In this document: positions 23,189-36,362 of the stretch, piece after piece
Layout of the letters: each line of letters begins with the position of its first letter
Numbering within the stretch: position 1 is the first letter of the stretch
From: Mobula hypostoma
Taxonomy: Eukaryota
NCBI RefSeq assembly: GCF_963921235.1
Contig: NC_086108.1
Span: forward strand, 109,060,001-109,124,000
Reading direction: 5' to 3'
Length of the DNA stretch: 64,000 bases
The notes under the pieces: generated by a model
The model's input: only the letters and a program-made list of their open reading frames with translations
What the model was told of the DNA's origin: nothing
The model's database searches: none
Program-made: the position numbers and the translations under genes

Positions 23189-25959
23189 AGAAACACAGAA
23201 ACAGAGAAAACCTACAGCACAAAACATGCCCTTCGGCCCATAAAGCTGTGCCAAACACATGTCCTTACCTGAGAAATTACCTAGGGTTACCCATAGCCTT
23301 TTATTTTTCTCAGCGACATATACCTGTCCAGGAGTTTCTTAAAAGACCCTATCGTACTTGCCTCCACCACAGTCGCCGGCAACCCATTCCACGCACTCAC
23401 TACTCTCTGCGTAAAAAAACTTACCCCTGATATCTCCTCTGTACCTACTTCCAAGCACCTTAAACCTGTGCCCTCTTGTGCTAGCCATTCCAGCCCTGGG
23501 AAAAAGCCTCTGACTATCCACGCGATCAATGCCTCTCATCATCTTATACACCTCTATCAGGTTACCTCTCATCTTCCGTTGCTCCAAGGAGAAAAGGCCG
23601 AGTTCATTCAACCTATCCTCATAAGGCATGCTCCCCAATCCAGGCAACATCCTTGTAAATCTCCTCTGCACCCTTTCTATGGCTTCTACATCCTTCCTGT
23701 AGTGTGGTGACCAGAACTGAGCACAGTACTCCAAGTGGGGTCTGACCAGGGTCCTATATATCTGCAACATTACCTCTCGGCTCCTAAACTCAATCCTACA
23801 ATTGATGAAGGCCAGTGCACCGTATGCCTTCTTAACCACAGAGTCAACCTGCGCAGCTGCTTTGAGTGTCCTATGGACTTGGACCCCGATCCCTCTGATC
23901 CTCCACACTGCTAAGAGTCTTACCATTAATACTATACTCTGTCACCATATTTGACCTACCAAAATGAAACATTTCACACTTATCTGGATTGAACTCAATC
24001 TACCACTTCTCAGCCCAGTTTTGCATCCTATCGATGTCCCGCTGTAAAATTTGACAGCCCTCAACACTATCCACAACACCTCCAACCGTTGTGTCATCAG
24101 TAAACTTACTAACCCATCCCTCCACTTCCTCATCCAGGTCATTTATAAAAATAAGGAAGAGTTGGGGTCCCAGAACAGATCCTTGAGGCACACCACTGGT
24201 TACCAGCCTCCATGCAGAATATGACCCATCTACAACCACTCTGTCTTCTGTGGGCAAGCCAGTTCTGGATCCACGAAGAAATATCTCCTTGGATTCAATG
24301 CCTCATTAATAAGCCTTGCGTGGGGTACCTTATCAAATGCCTTGCTGAAATCCATATACACTACCTCTACTGCTCTATCATCATCAAAGTGTTTAGTCAC
24401 ATCCTCAAAAAATTCAATCAAGTTCATAAGGCATGACCAGCCTTTGACAAAGCCATGCTGACTATTCCTAATCATATTATGCCTCTCCAAATGTTCATAA
24501 GTCCTGCCTGTCAGGATCTTCTCCATCAACTTACCAACTACTGAAGTAAGACTCACTGGTTTATAACTTCCTGGGCTATCTCGACTCCCTTGCTTGAATA
24601 ATGGAACAACATCCACAACCTTCCAATCCGCCGGAACCTCTCCCATCCCCATTGATGATGCAAAGATCATCACCAGAGGCTCAGCAATCTCCTCCCTCAC
24701 CTCCCACACCTCCCACAGTAGCCTGGGGTACATCTCATCTGGTCCCAGTGATTTATCCAACTTGATGCTTTCCAAAAGCTCCTGCACATCCCCTTTCTTA
24801 ATATCTGCATGCTCAAGCTTTTCAGTCCGCTGTAAGTCATCCCTACAATTGCCAAGATCCTTTTCCATAGTGAATACTGAAGCAAAGTACTCATTATGTA
24901 CCTCTGCTATCTCCTCCAGTTCCATACACACTTTTCCACTATCACACTTGATTGGTCCTATTCTCTCACGTCTTATCCTCTTGCTCTTCACATACTTGTA
25001 GAATGCCTTGGGGTTTTCCTTAATCCTATCCACCAAGGCCTTCTCATGGCCCCTTTTGGCTCTCCTAATTTCTTTCTTGAGCTCTTTCCTGTTAGCCCTA
25101 TAATCTTCTCGCTCTCTATCATTACCTAGCTTTTTGAACCTTTTGTAAGCTCTTCTTTTCTTCTTGACGAGATTTACAAAAGCCTTTGTACACCATGGTT
25201 CTTGTACCCTACCATCCTTTCCATGTCTCATTGGAACGTACCTACTCAGAACCCCACACAAATATCCCCTGAACATTTGCCACATTTCTTCCGTACATTT
25301 CCCTGAGAACATCTGTTTCCAATTTATGCCTCCAAGTTCCTGCCTGGGAGCCTCATATTTCCCCTTACTCCAATTAAACATTTCCCTAACTTGTCTGTTC
25401 CTATCCCTCTCTAATGTTGTGGTAAAGGAGATATAGTTGTGATCACTATCTCCAAAATGCTCTCCCACTGAGAGAGCTGACTCCTGACCAGGTTCATTTC
25501 CCAATACCAGATCAAGTACAACCTCTCCTCTTGTAGGCTTATCTACATAACGTGTCAAGAAACCTTCTTGAACACACCTAATAAACTCCGCCCCATCTGA
25601 ACCCCTCGCTCTAGGGAGATGCCAAATCAATATTTGGGAAGTTAAAATCTCCCAGAACGACCTTGTTATTACACCTTTCCAGAATCTGTCTCCCTATCTG
25701 CTCCTCGATACCCCTGTTATTATTGGCTGGTCTATAAAAAACACCCAGTAGAGCTATTGACCCCTTCCTGTTCCTAACTTCCACCCACAGAGAATCCGTA
25801 GACAATCCCTCCATGCCTTCCTCCTTTTCTACTGCCATGACACTATCTCTGACCAACAGTGCCAAGCCCCCACCTCTTTTGTCTCCCTCCCTGCCCCTAA
25901 GCCATCCAACTCTCTGTAATGGCCACAACATCATAGCTCCAAGTACTGACCCATGTTCT
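23189..25959 (-). mobile_element. CR1 LINE with most of ORF2 (APE endonuclease plus RT), frameshifted
   Basis: ORFs 25611-25997 (GDFNFP), 24230-25630 (LDLVL, SDHN, YKPVSLTS, DFSKAFDKVPH), 24000-24257 (FTDD), 23339-23926. Confidence 0.96.
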
Positions 25960-27365
25960 GATTCTGAGTTACACCCTGCGGATGTGCTGGGACACATCGT
26001 CAGTGATGTAACCTGGGGTCGTCAGGCATTTCGGGTCTTTCAACATCGTACACCCTCGCCCAGACAACCCAGCCGGGGTTGATCAGACCCCAGCTTGTGT
26101 CCCAGCAGCACTGGCCCACGGGACACTCCTCCTGATCCACAGCCATCTGGAGGCTCTCTGTGATGGTCCTGATAGCTTTCCTCTTGCCAGCCCCAGTGAT
26201 GCCAAGTAGGGTGTGGACTCTGCAGAGTGAGCAGCCGGAAAAACCCCTGCACCCAACTTCGATGGGCTCGCAGCGAGCCCTCCAGCCTTGCCTCCAGCTC
26301 CGCTCCACCAGCTCCTGGGACTTGGCTCGCTTCCGCTCATTTGCCTCCTCAATGCAGTCAACTCGATGAGGACGACCTGCTTCGAGGATACTGAAGAAAG
26401 GACCACATCTGGCCGCAGTGAAGTTGCTGCTTTATGGTCGGGAAACTTCAACTGCCAGCAGCCAATCTGCTGCGGCGCTAAGCTGGCCCGATGATGATGC
26501 TGTTCTGGGCTGACGTAGGGGCTGTGCTCCGGCTCTGACCTCTGACCACTCTGTTTGCTGGTGGTCATGGCCATCGCAATGCTCTCTGCCACTGCCTTCA
26601 GCAGCTGGTCATAATGCCCCCGGTAGCGACGTTCCCCCAAGGCCTTAGGGCAGCTGCTAAGGATGTGCTCCAGTGATCCTCTTCCTGGACAGAGAGGACA
26701 TGCTGGTGCATCGCTCTTGCCCCAGACATGGAGGTTTGCAGGGCTTGGCAAGACATCATAGACGGCCTGGATCATAAATTTAACGCGCTGCCAGATGTCA
26801 GACCAGGAGGTTTTCCACTTCAGTGCACCTTCCCTCCTTGTCCATGCTCCCTGCTGCGGCATGCCCACCATCCTGCTATTCCTCTCCTCTCCAACGCCAG
26901 CCCGCACTTCCTCCAGGACTAGTTGGCATCTGACCTTACCTTTGGCCTGGTCATAGTGAGGTTGTGAAACGGAGCCCAGCCCCGCTCGCCCAGTTGACAC
27001 TGTCCCCACCAGAGCCCTGTGTCTCAGCCGGGACTCTGCTACCACCAGCCCTTCCTGTGCCTTCCACTTCCTGCCCGTCCGTACCTGGATGCCCGCTGTT
27101 GCCACTTTGGGGTCCTTGGAATCCCTGGAATCCCTGTACAGCGGCACCTCTCTTGTGCGAGAAACCCTGAACTCCTCGTCCGGGCTGCTGAGGGGAAGTC
27201 ACAGCTTATTGCACCTTCTGTACAGTGCTGCACCACTCAGACTACGAGGTAGGCCCAGCCACCTTCGAAGGTAGTTACTGACCTTTCTCTCCAGCAACTC
27301 CACAGTTATCACAGGCACCTCGATACCAGTGGCGGCTATAGGATTCGGGGTAGGATGCCATGCTG
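25960..27365 (-). mobile_element. HERO-like (R2 superfamily, restriction-like endonuclease) non-LTR element, 3' part
   Basis: ORF 26083-27147: TGRKWKA, GRAGLG, QQGAWT, YDVLPSPANLHVW, CPLC..HILSSC knuckle, LRPDVV..IELT endonuclease motif. Confidence 0.88.
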
Positions 27366-27366
27366 G

Positions 27367-27927
27367 TAAACATAAGAACATAGAACATAGAATAGTACAG
27401 CACAGTACAGGCCCTTCGGCCCACAATGTTGTGCCGACACCTCAAACCCTGCCTCCCATATAACCCCTCACCTTAAATTCCTCCATATACCTGTCTAGTA
27501 GTCTCTTAAACTTCACTAGTGTATCTGCTTCCACCACTGACTCAGGCAGTGCATTCCACGCACCAACCACTCTCTGAGTAAAAAACCTTCCTCTAATATC
27601 CCCCTTGAACTTCCCACCCTGTACCTTAAAGTCATGTCCTCTTGTATTGAGCAGTGGTGCCCTGGGGAAGAGGCACTGGCTATCCACTCTATCTATTTCT
27701 CTTATTATCTTGTATACCTCTATCATGTCTCCTCTCATCCTCCTTTTCTCCAAAGCGTAAAGCCCTAGCTCCCTTAATCTCTGATCATAATGCATACTTT
27801 CTAAACCAGGCAGCATCTTGGTAAATCTTCTCTGTACCCTTTCCAATGCTTCCACATCCTTCCTATAGTGAGGCGACCAGAACAAGACACAATACTCCAA
27901 GTGTGGCCTAACCAGAGTTTTATAGAG
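27367..27927 (-). mobile_element. CR1 LINE 3' fragment
   Basis: ORF 27442-27900; (AGAACAT)n tail; same subfamily as 19632-20771 and 58210-59582. Confidence 0.95.
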
Positions 27928-28022
27928 TAATACTATGGGCTTATAGCTTGTTAAAAAGCCTCATGTGTGACACTTTGTCAAAGGCCATCCAAAAATCCAA
28001 GTACACAATATCTATTGATTCT

Positions 28023-28646
28023 CAAACAACAGGAATTCTGCAGATGCTGGAAATTCAAGCAACACACATCAAAGTTGCTGGTGAACGCAGCAGGCCAGGC
28101 AGCATCTATAGGAAGAGGCGCAGTCGACGTTTCAGGCCAAGACCCTTCGTCAGGACTAACTGAAGGAAGAGTGAGTAAGGGATTTGAAAGCTGGAGGGGG
28201 AGGGGGAGATCCAAAATGATAGGAGAAGACAGGAGGGGGAGGGATAGAGCCGAGAGCTGGACAGGTGATAGGCAAAAGGGGATACGAGAGGATCATGGGA
28301 CAGGAGGTCCGGGAAGAAAGACGGGGGGGGTGGGGGGTGACCCAGAGGATGGGCAAGAGGCATATTCAGAGGGACAGAGGGAGAAAAAGGAGAGTGAGAG
28401 AAAGAATGTGCGCATAAAAATGAGTAACAGCTGGGGTACGAGGGGGAGGTGGGGCCTAGCAGAAGTTAGAGAAGTCAATGTTCATGCCATCAGGTTGGAG
28501 GCTACCCAGACGGAATATAAGGTGTTGTTCCTCCAACCTGAGTGTGGCTTCATCTTTACAGTAGAGGAGGCCGTGGATAGACATGTCAGAACGAGGGGGA
28601 GGTGGGGCATTAGCAGAAGTGACATGTCTATCCACGGCCTCCTCCA
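28023..28646 (-). mobile_element. Penelope-like element 3' part
   Basis: GIY-YIG C-terminus (HGLLYCKDEATLRLEEQHLIFRLGSLQPDGMN); 11-bp TSD CTATTGATTCT at 28012-28022 and 28647-28657. Confidence 0.88.
28121..28158 (-). ncRNA. Minimal type I hammerhead ribozyme
   Basis: UAGUC-CUGACGA-AGGGUCUUGGCCU-GAAAC-GUC-GACUG. Confidence 0.75.
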
Positions 28647-30392
28647 CTATTGATTCTGCTTTGTCTACCATGCTTGCTATTTCTTCAAAGAATTCCAACA
28701 GACTTGTCAGACAAGATCTTCCCTTGAGTAGACCATGCTGACTATGGCCTATTTTATCATGTGCCTCCAAGTACCCTGAGACCTCATCCTTAATAATCGA
28801 CTCCAACATCTTCTCAACAACTGAGGTCAGACTAACTGGCCTATAGTTTCCTTCCTTCTGCCTCTCTCTCTTCTTGAGGAGTGGAGTGACATTTATTACC
28901 GAACCATTCCAGAATCTAGTGATCCTTGGAAGATCATCACTAATGCATCCATGATCTCTCCAGCCACGTCTTTCAGGACTCTGGGGTGTACACCATCTGA
29001 TCCAGGTGACTTATCTACTTTCAGAGCTTTCAGTTGCCCAAGAACATTCTCTCTAAATAGGGCAACTTCACAGACTTCATGACCCCTGACACCCGGAACT
29101 TCCACCTGATGCCTACATATAGACGGAAATGGAAGAAGAGTCCAAAGTGTTTCTCACCAAAAACACTGATAAGCACTCATTGCTTTTGGAGCAGCATTTG
29201 CACCTACACTCTGAAAGAAAGCTGCCAAGCTGCCCAAGAACTCTGTGTTACCTGGATGACATCATTTTATTGGTAAAGATGACAAGGAATATCTCCAAAA
29301 TCTAAAGCCAGTGTTAAAAATATTGGAAAGTTATGGGCACAGAACATAATGCAACATTTGTGAATACTTTAAACCAAGCGTCACTTACTCTGGTCACACC
29401 GTTGACACACAAGGATTACATAAATGTGCTGAGAAAATTCAAGCAGTGCTGGATGTCCCCTAGACCAAAGGATGTGCCACACTTTCAGTCTGTTTTAGGA
29501 TTTGTCCACTACTAAAACAGGTTCTTACCAAACTTGGCTACTGTGCTCCACCCCTGAAATCATTACTGTAGATTGTGACAAAGCAGTGTAAGGTGGTTTT
29601 CAAAAAAAGCAAAGGAAATGGTGACATAAGACACTGTACTCACACATTATGATCCACATTGTCTAGTGAAATTTGCCTGTGCACCTCGCCTTATGCACTA
29701 TATGTGCAGTCCTGTCACATGTCGCACCTGATGGAAGTGAAAGCCCCATCGTCTTTGCATCACGTTCTCTTACCAGTGCAGATAACAGTTATGTACAGAT
29801 TCACAGAAAGGCATAAAGTTTGGTTTGGGATATGAAACTTTTCAACCAGTACTTGTATGGGAGAGAGTTTACCCTCATTACTGATCACCAACCACTTGCG
29901 TCTATTTTCAGTCCACTGAAGGGTGTTCCACTAACAGCGGCAACATGAACGTAGAGATGGGCTCCGTTTCTTGGGGGACATCGTTACAAGATCAAATTCA
30001 GGATGATAACTAACCATGGAACTACTGATGGAGCATCTTGGAGAAAGAGGGAGGGTGTCCAGTGCTGTCAGAACCAACTTCTGCAGTGCCCGAGTCAACT
30101 CCTACAACCGCCACAGAGGAGGAGCCATGATATTGTTTCACAGCCACAAGTCTCAGCTGCCAAGCAGGGTGATCCCACCCCCTCCCCCATTGCCCCCACC
30201 GTCAGGAAGGACTTTACCCCACAAGAGTAAGAAGTCATCCACAGTGATTAAACCTTTAAGCCTAAAAGGGAGAATTTAAAATTTGCTGTGTCGTGATCGT
30301 CTATATAGTCATCGTGCTATATAGTATACTGTGTATATAGTTGACGTGCATTCTGTATTGAGTTGAAGTCTATAGATAAGCCAGGAGAAGTG

Positions 30393-30939
30393 AACACAAA
30401 ATAATCTGCAGATGCTGGGGTCAAAGCAACACTCACAACAGGCTGGACAACTCAGCAGGTTGGGCAGCATACGTGGAAATGAACAGTCAACGTTTTGGGC
30501 CGGAACCCTTCGTCAGGACTGTAGAGGGAAGGGGCAGAGGCCCTATAAAGAAGGAGGGGGGAGGGTGGGAAGGAGAAGGCTGGTAGGTTCCAGGTGAAAA
30601 ACCAGTCTGGGGAAAGATAAAGGGGTGAGGGAGGGGAAGCAGGGAGGTGATAGGCAGAAAAGGTGAAGAAAGAATAGGGGAAAACACAATAGGTAGTAGA
30701 AGGAGGCGGAACCGTGAGGGAGGTGATAGGCAGCTGGGGGAGGGGGCAGAGTGACATAGGAATGGAGGAAGGGAGGGGGAGGGAATTACCGGTAGTTGGA
30801 GAATTCTATGTTCATACCAAGGGGCTGGAGACTACCTAGACGGTATATGAAGTGTTGCTCCTCCACCCTGAGTTTAGCCTCATCATGGCAGTAGAGGAGG
30901 CCATGTATGGACATATCTGAATGGGAATGTGAAGCAGTG
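30393..30939 (-). mobile_element. Penelope-like element at the Gypsy PPT/LTR junction
   Basis: 15-bp TSD AAGCCAGGAGAAGTG at 30378-30392 and 30940-30954; GIY-YIG tail; hammerhead core with GAAA changed to AAAA. Confidence 0.85.
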
Positions 30940-31002
30940 AAGCCAGGAGAAGTGTTGTGTACTTAATATCTCTGTGATATTTGAGTAATATTGTAAATAC
31001 AT

Positions 31003-31237
31003 TACGCACAATGCATACAAAATGGTAGAGGAATACAGCAGGCCAGGCATTATCCATGGAAAAGAGTAAACAGTCAACATTTTGGGCTGAGACCCTTCAC
31101 CAATCCTGATGGAGGGTCTGAGCCCAAAATGTTGACTGTTTATTGTTTTCCATAGATACTGCCTGGCCCGCTGAGTTCCTCCAGCATTTTGTGTGTGTTA
31201 CTTTGATTTCCAGCATCTGCAGATTTCTCTTGTTTGC
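31003..31237. mobile_element. PLE fold-back remnant inside Gypsy 3' LTR
   Basis: Inverted repeat centred near 31100 on degenerate hammerhead motifs. Confidence 0.78.
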
Positions 31238-31924
31238 ACATATATTGTTTGATGAAGCATTCTTTGTTGTTTACATAATGCATTGCATTGTGGAATATAT
31301 GTAAAAAAACACGTGAATGGCATACGTCATCATGCCACCATGTCATACGTGCGCGCCTCGCTTAAAGTAAAAACGGAACTAAAGTACACGCATTCCAGAC
31401 TCCCTTGTTTTTCTTTCAATAGGTTGTGCCTTTCTGAGTTACAGAAACACAACGGGGGTGGGGGGGGGAGGGATTTTCCAGTGATGGATTGAGTTGTATC
31501 CACCACTTTTTGCAGGCATTTCCATTCTTGGGCACTGGCATTTCCATTCTAGGCCATAATGCAAACAGTTAGGATACTCTCCACTGTACCGTAAACCAAT
31601 ACCTTCTCGTTCTTAACTCGCTGGGGAAAAGACTGTGTTGTTCACATCATATTTCCAACTGTTTCTGTTTTGCTTTTGATTTCCAGCATGTGCTGTTTTC
31701 TTTTCTGATTTCCAGACTTTGGCAAGGTCCCACATGGCTGGCTAGGAAGGTGAGATCACATGGGATCCAAGGAAAGATTGCTAATTGGATTCATAATTGG
31801 CTCAATGGTAGGAAGCAGAGAGTGTTGGTCGAAGGTTGTCTCTCAAACAGGAAGCCTGTGACTAGTGGTGTGCCACAGGGGCTGGTGCTGACACCGTTGT
31901 TTGTTATTTCTTTATGTTTATTTA

Positions 31925-32210
31925 TTTATTGAGATAAAATGTGGAACAGCTCCCCATGTCCCCCCAGCTCTTCGAGCTGCACTGCCTAGCAACCCCTGAT
32001 TTAACCCTTGCCGAATCACAGGACAATTTACAATGACTGATTAATCTACCAACCAGTATGTCTTCCGACCGTGGGAGGAAACTAGAACACCCGGAGGAAA
32101 CCCATGCAGTCATGGGGAGAACGTACAAACTCCATACAGACCACGGCGGAAATGAACCTATGTCACTGATACTGTAAAACGTTGGGCAAACCACTTTGCT
32201 ACCAAGCTGC
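31925..32210 (-). mobile_element. V-SINE-like SINE (related copies about 32770-32928 minus, 54745-54920 plus)
   Basis: Central block GAGTTTGTACGTTCTCCCC..TGGGTTTCCTCCGGGTG..GTTTCCTCCCAC resembles the V-SINE domain. Confidence 0.7.
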
Positions 32211-33266
32211 ATAAAAGATCTAATGCACAAGACATGGTCTGTAAATATGTAGATTATATCAGATCGGAGATGTCATAGACATTGAAGAATGTTAAGTGAT
32301 GAATGCTGGCCTTCATCAGTCAGGGCACTGAGTATAGGAATTAGGACGTTATATTGTAGTTGCATAAAATGCTGGTGATGTGTACAGCTTTGGTCGCCCT
32401 GCTCTAGGAAAGACATCATTAAAGTGAAAGGAATACAGAGAAGTTTTACACAGATGACGCCAGGACTTGAGGGCCCGAGTTATCGGGAGACATTGGGCAA
32501 TCTATGACTTTATTCCTTGGAATGTAAGAGATTGAGGAGGTGATTCAATGGATAGGAAAGGTTTGAAATAACATGGGCCAAATGCAGGCAAATAGGACCG
32601 AAGAGAAAAGGTATAGATTAGCTCTATTTGTCACACGTATATAGAAACATTAAAACTTACATTGAAGTGTGTTGTTTATGAAAATGACCAACACAATCCA
32701 AGGATTTACTGGGGATCAGTTCACAGGTGACCCCATACTTTTGGTGCCAACATAGCAAGCCCATCAATTATTAATGCTAACCCATATGTCTTTGGACCGT
32801 GGGAGGAAACCGAAACATCAGGAGGAAACCCACACCGTAACAAGAATAATGTGCAAACTCTTTACAGACAGCAGTGGGAATTGATCCCCGATCTCTGGCA
32901 TTGTGAAGCGTCACACTAGCAGCTACATGACAGATGCTGAAAATCCAGAGCAACTTACACATACGGTGCTGAAAGAACTCAGCAAGTCAGGCAGCGGCAA
33001 TAAAGGGGAATAAATAGTTAACATTTTGTGTTGAGATCCTTCATCAAAACTACTTAAACTTCTCCAGGGTAGACATATGTTGCAAGGACTTTGCATTGGA
33101 GCAGCAAATCATAAACACAAAAGATTCAAAGATATTGTGATCAGGATGAAATGTTTAGACGGAAAGGCCCATTTCCATGCTGTTTAACTCTATAACTCTG
33201 TTACACTCTATCCCATCATGCTACTCATGATGGGGAAGAAGATTTGTGTGAATAAATTGGGATATA

Positions 33267-33817
33267 CACTCAGTGGCCTTTATTACTTTATTAGCTACAG
33301 CTGTACACCTGCTCATTAATGTAAATAACTAATCAACTAATCATGTGGCAGCTACTCAGTGCATAAAAGCAGGCAGACATGGTCAAGAGGTTCAGTTGTT
33401 GTTCAGGCCAAACATCAGAATGGGGAAGAAATGTTGATCTAAGTGATTTTGAAAGTGGAATAATTTGTTGGCACTAGGTGGGGTGGGTTAAATATTTCAG
33501 AAACTACTGATCTCCTGGGAATTTCAGACTCAAAAGATGCTAGAGTTTAAAAAGAACGGTGTGAAAAACAAAAACAGTGAGTGGCAATTCATTGGTCGAA
33601 AATGCTTTGTTAATGAGAGAGCACAGAGGAGAATGGCTAGACTGGTTCAAGCAGACAAGCAGGCAATAGTAACTCACACAGCCACGCGTCACAACAGTGG
33701 TATGCAGAAAAACATCTTTGAAAGCACAGCACATCAAATCCTGAAGTAGCTGGGCTACAGCAGTGGAGGACCATGAACATAGGTAAAGGAGGTAACTAAT
33801 AAAGTGGCCACTGTGTG
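33267..33817 (+). mobile_element. Non-autonomous Tc1/mariner derivative
   Basis: TIRs CACTCAGTGGCC / TAATAAAGTGGCCACTGTGTG; TA on the left; remnant transposase N-terminus (RAQRRMARLVQADK). Confidence 0.85.
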
Positions 33818-34519
33818 TCTAAGTTCATCGGTGTCACTCTGGGTTTGGATCATTTACGGAATAAGACTGGAGGAGAGCAAATTGCATGCCCTGAAGGTCA
33901 AAAAGCAGCTGGAGGTTTACAACCATCCTATCGTTTTGTGGCCACCATTACCAATACATGTTTTCTAATTAACAAAATCTAAATTGCCCATTTGCCGCTG
34001 AGGGAAGTGACCCAATGTCTCTGGCTCATTAGTCCAGACTTCAGAATTGCTGGCCGGTAATATAACCACTACATCACCACTCCCCATTAGTCTGACTGTG
34101 GAAAGATATACCCAAGATAGTTAACTAACTTTAGTCGGATTGCATCAGTTGCGAAAGAGAACTGCACACAGAGTGGGGAATGCCTGAAACACGTTGCCTG
34201 GAGTGGTGGTGGAGGCAGATACGCTCAGGGCTTTTGGGAGGCCTTTAGATAGGCACAGGAATGTAAGGGAAATGGAAGGATATGGACATTGTCTAGGCAG
34301 AAGAGTATAGTTTAATTAGCTATTTAATTACAAATTTAATTGGTTTGGCACAACATGGTGGGCCAAAAGCCCTGTTCCTGTGGTGCACCATTCAATGTGC
34401 TATGTTCTAACTATTCATTATCAAAATATATGATCAAATGTTCTTGTAATTATTCCATTAGAAGGCTATTCAGCACTCACAGCATTCAACACACACATAT
34501 TCAAAATTTCAGGAGCAGT

Positions 34520-35530
34520 TTCTTCAAAGTTCAAAGCAAATTTATTATCAACACACATTTATGGCACCATGCATATTCCTGATTTTCATTTTCTTGCAGG
34601 CATACTCAGTAAATCCAATTACTGTGATCGAATCAATGACAGTCCTCTGTCAACAACGTGGACTACTAGTGTGCACAAGACAACAAACTGTACAAACACA
34701 AAAGAAAAATATAATAATAAATAAATTAACAAGCAATAAATATTGAGAATGTGAGATGAAGAATCCTTGAATGCGAGTCCACAGGTTGTGGGAAACAGTT
34801 CATTTGGGGCAGGTGAAGTTGAGTGAAGTTCTGCCCTCTGTTCAAGAGCCTGATAGTTGAGGTTTGATAACTCTTCCTGAACCTAGTGTTGTGAGTCCTG
34901 AGGCTCCTGTACCTTCTTTCTGATGGCAACAGTGAGAGGTGAGCACGGTCTGGGTGGTGGGGGTCTTTGATGATAGATATTGCTTTCCTAAAACAGTACT
35001 CTGTGTAGAAGTACTCAATGGAGAGGAGGGCTTTACCCGTGATGGACTGGGCCATATCCACTATTTTTTGTAGGATGTCCTATTCAAGGGCATTGATGTT
35101 TCCATGCCAGACTGTGATGCAGCCAGTCAATATATTCTTCACCACACATCTATAGAAGTTTGTCAACATTCTAGATGTCACTCCAAACCTTTGCAAACTT
35201 CGAAGGAAGTAGAGGCAACTCTCATGCTTTATTTGTAATTGTACGTACGTGGTCGGCCCAATCAGGTTTTCTAAAATGATAACACTGAGATATTTAAAAT
35301 TGCTGACCCTCTCCACCTCTGATCTCCTGATGAGGACTCATTCATGGACCACTGGTTTCCTCCTCCTGAAGTCAATAATCAGCTACTTGGTCTTGCTGAC
35401 AAGGGGTTGTTGTTGTTGTTGTGGCACCACTCCACCTCCCTCATATACACTGATTCTTCACTACCTTTGTTTCGGTCTACAGTGCTGTCATCAGCAAACT
35501 TAAATATGGCTTTGGAGTGGTCCTTAGTCT
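34520..35530 (-). mobile_element. Rex1/Babar-type LINE fragment
   Basis: IFKFADDSTV, VSNFKYL, NFYRCVVKNILTGCITVW, IIKDPHHP..LLPSERRYRS. Confidence 0.85.
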
Positions 35531-36362
35531 CATAGAACCACAGAACATTACAGTACAGAAACACTTGGCCCTTCTTGTCTGTGCCGAACCATTTTTCTGC
35601 CTAGTACCACTGACCAGAACCTGGACCATACCCCTCCATACACCTCTCATCCATGTACCTGTCCAAGTTTTTCTTAAATGTTAAAAGTGAGCCCGTATTT
35701 ACCACTTCATCTGGCAGCTCATTCCACACTCCCACTACTCTCTGTGTGAAGAAGCCCCCCCACCAATGTTCCTTTAAAAACTTCTCCCCCTTCACCCTTA
35801 ACCCATGTCCTCTGTTTTTTTTCTCCCCTTGCCTCAGTGGAAAAAGCCTGCTTGCATTCACTCTATCCATACTCATCATAATTTTATATACCTCTATTAA
35901 ATCTCCCCTCATTCTTCTATGCTCTAGGGAATAAAGTCCTAACCTATTCAACCTTTCTCTGTAACTCAGTTTCTCAAGTCCCGGCAACATCCTTGTAAAC
36001 CTTCTCTGCACTCTTTCAACCTTATTAATATCCTTCCTCTAATTTGGTGACCAAAACTGTACACAATACTCCAGATTCGGCCTCACCAATGCCTTATACA
36101 GCCTCATCATAACATTCCAGTTCTTATACTCAATACTTTGATTAATAAAGGCCAATGTACCAAAAGCTCTCTTTACCACCCTATCTACCTGTGACGCCAC
36201 TTTTCGGGAATTTTGTATCTGTGTTCCCAGATCCCTCTGTTCTACTGCACTCCTCAGCGCCTTACCATTTACCTTGTATGTTCTACCTTGGTTTGTCCTT
36301 CCAAAGTGCAATACCTCACACTTGTCTGTATTAAACTCCATCTGCCATTTTTCAGCCAATTT
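35530..36362 (-). mobile_element. CR1 LINE, 5'-truncated
   Basis: ORFs 36039-36383 and 35601-36011; same subfamily as 1-1032. Confidence 0.95.

Larger units (their letters stand above)
27945..29105 (-). mobile_element. CR1 RT fragment interrupted by a PLE
   Basis: DKSPGSDGVHPRVLK and SQHGLLKGRSCLTSLLEFFEE; sequence continues across the PLE. Confidence 0.88.
21196..31453 (+). mobile_element. Decayed Gypsy LTR retrotransposon (Mag-like), heavily interrupted
   Basis: gag (LRDCLMCG; CRKCNKVGHLQRAC knuckle), protease ELDTG near 22160, RT (CGDFKVTINP, YPLPWIEDIF, KVDL) broken at 22811 and resumed near 29105, RNase H (FASRSL, TDHQPL); PPT then 3' LTR 30953-31453; 5' LTR mostly deleted; integrase missing. 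Confidence 0.85.

Noticed and set aside
25975..26050. Hammerhead in the HERO 3' UTR (GAAA and CTGACGA present)
   Set aside because: Spacing and stems do not build a valid hammerhead
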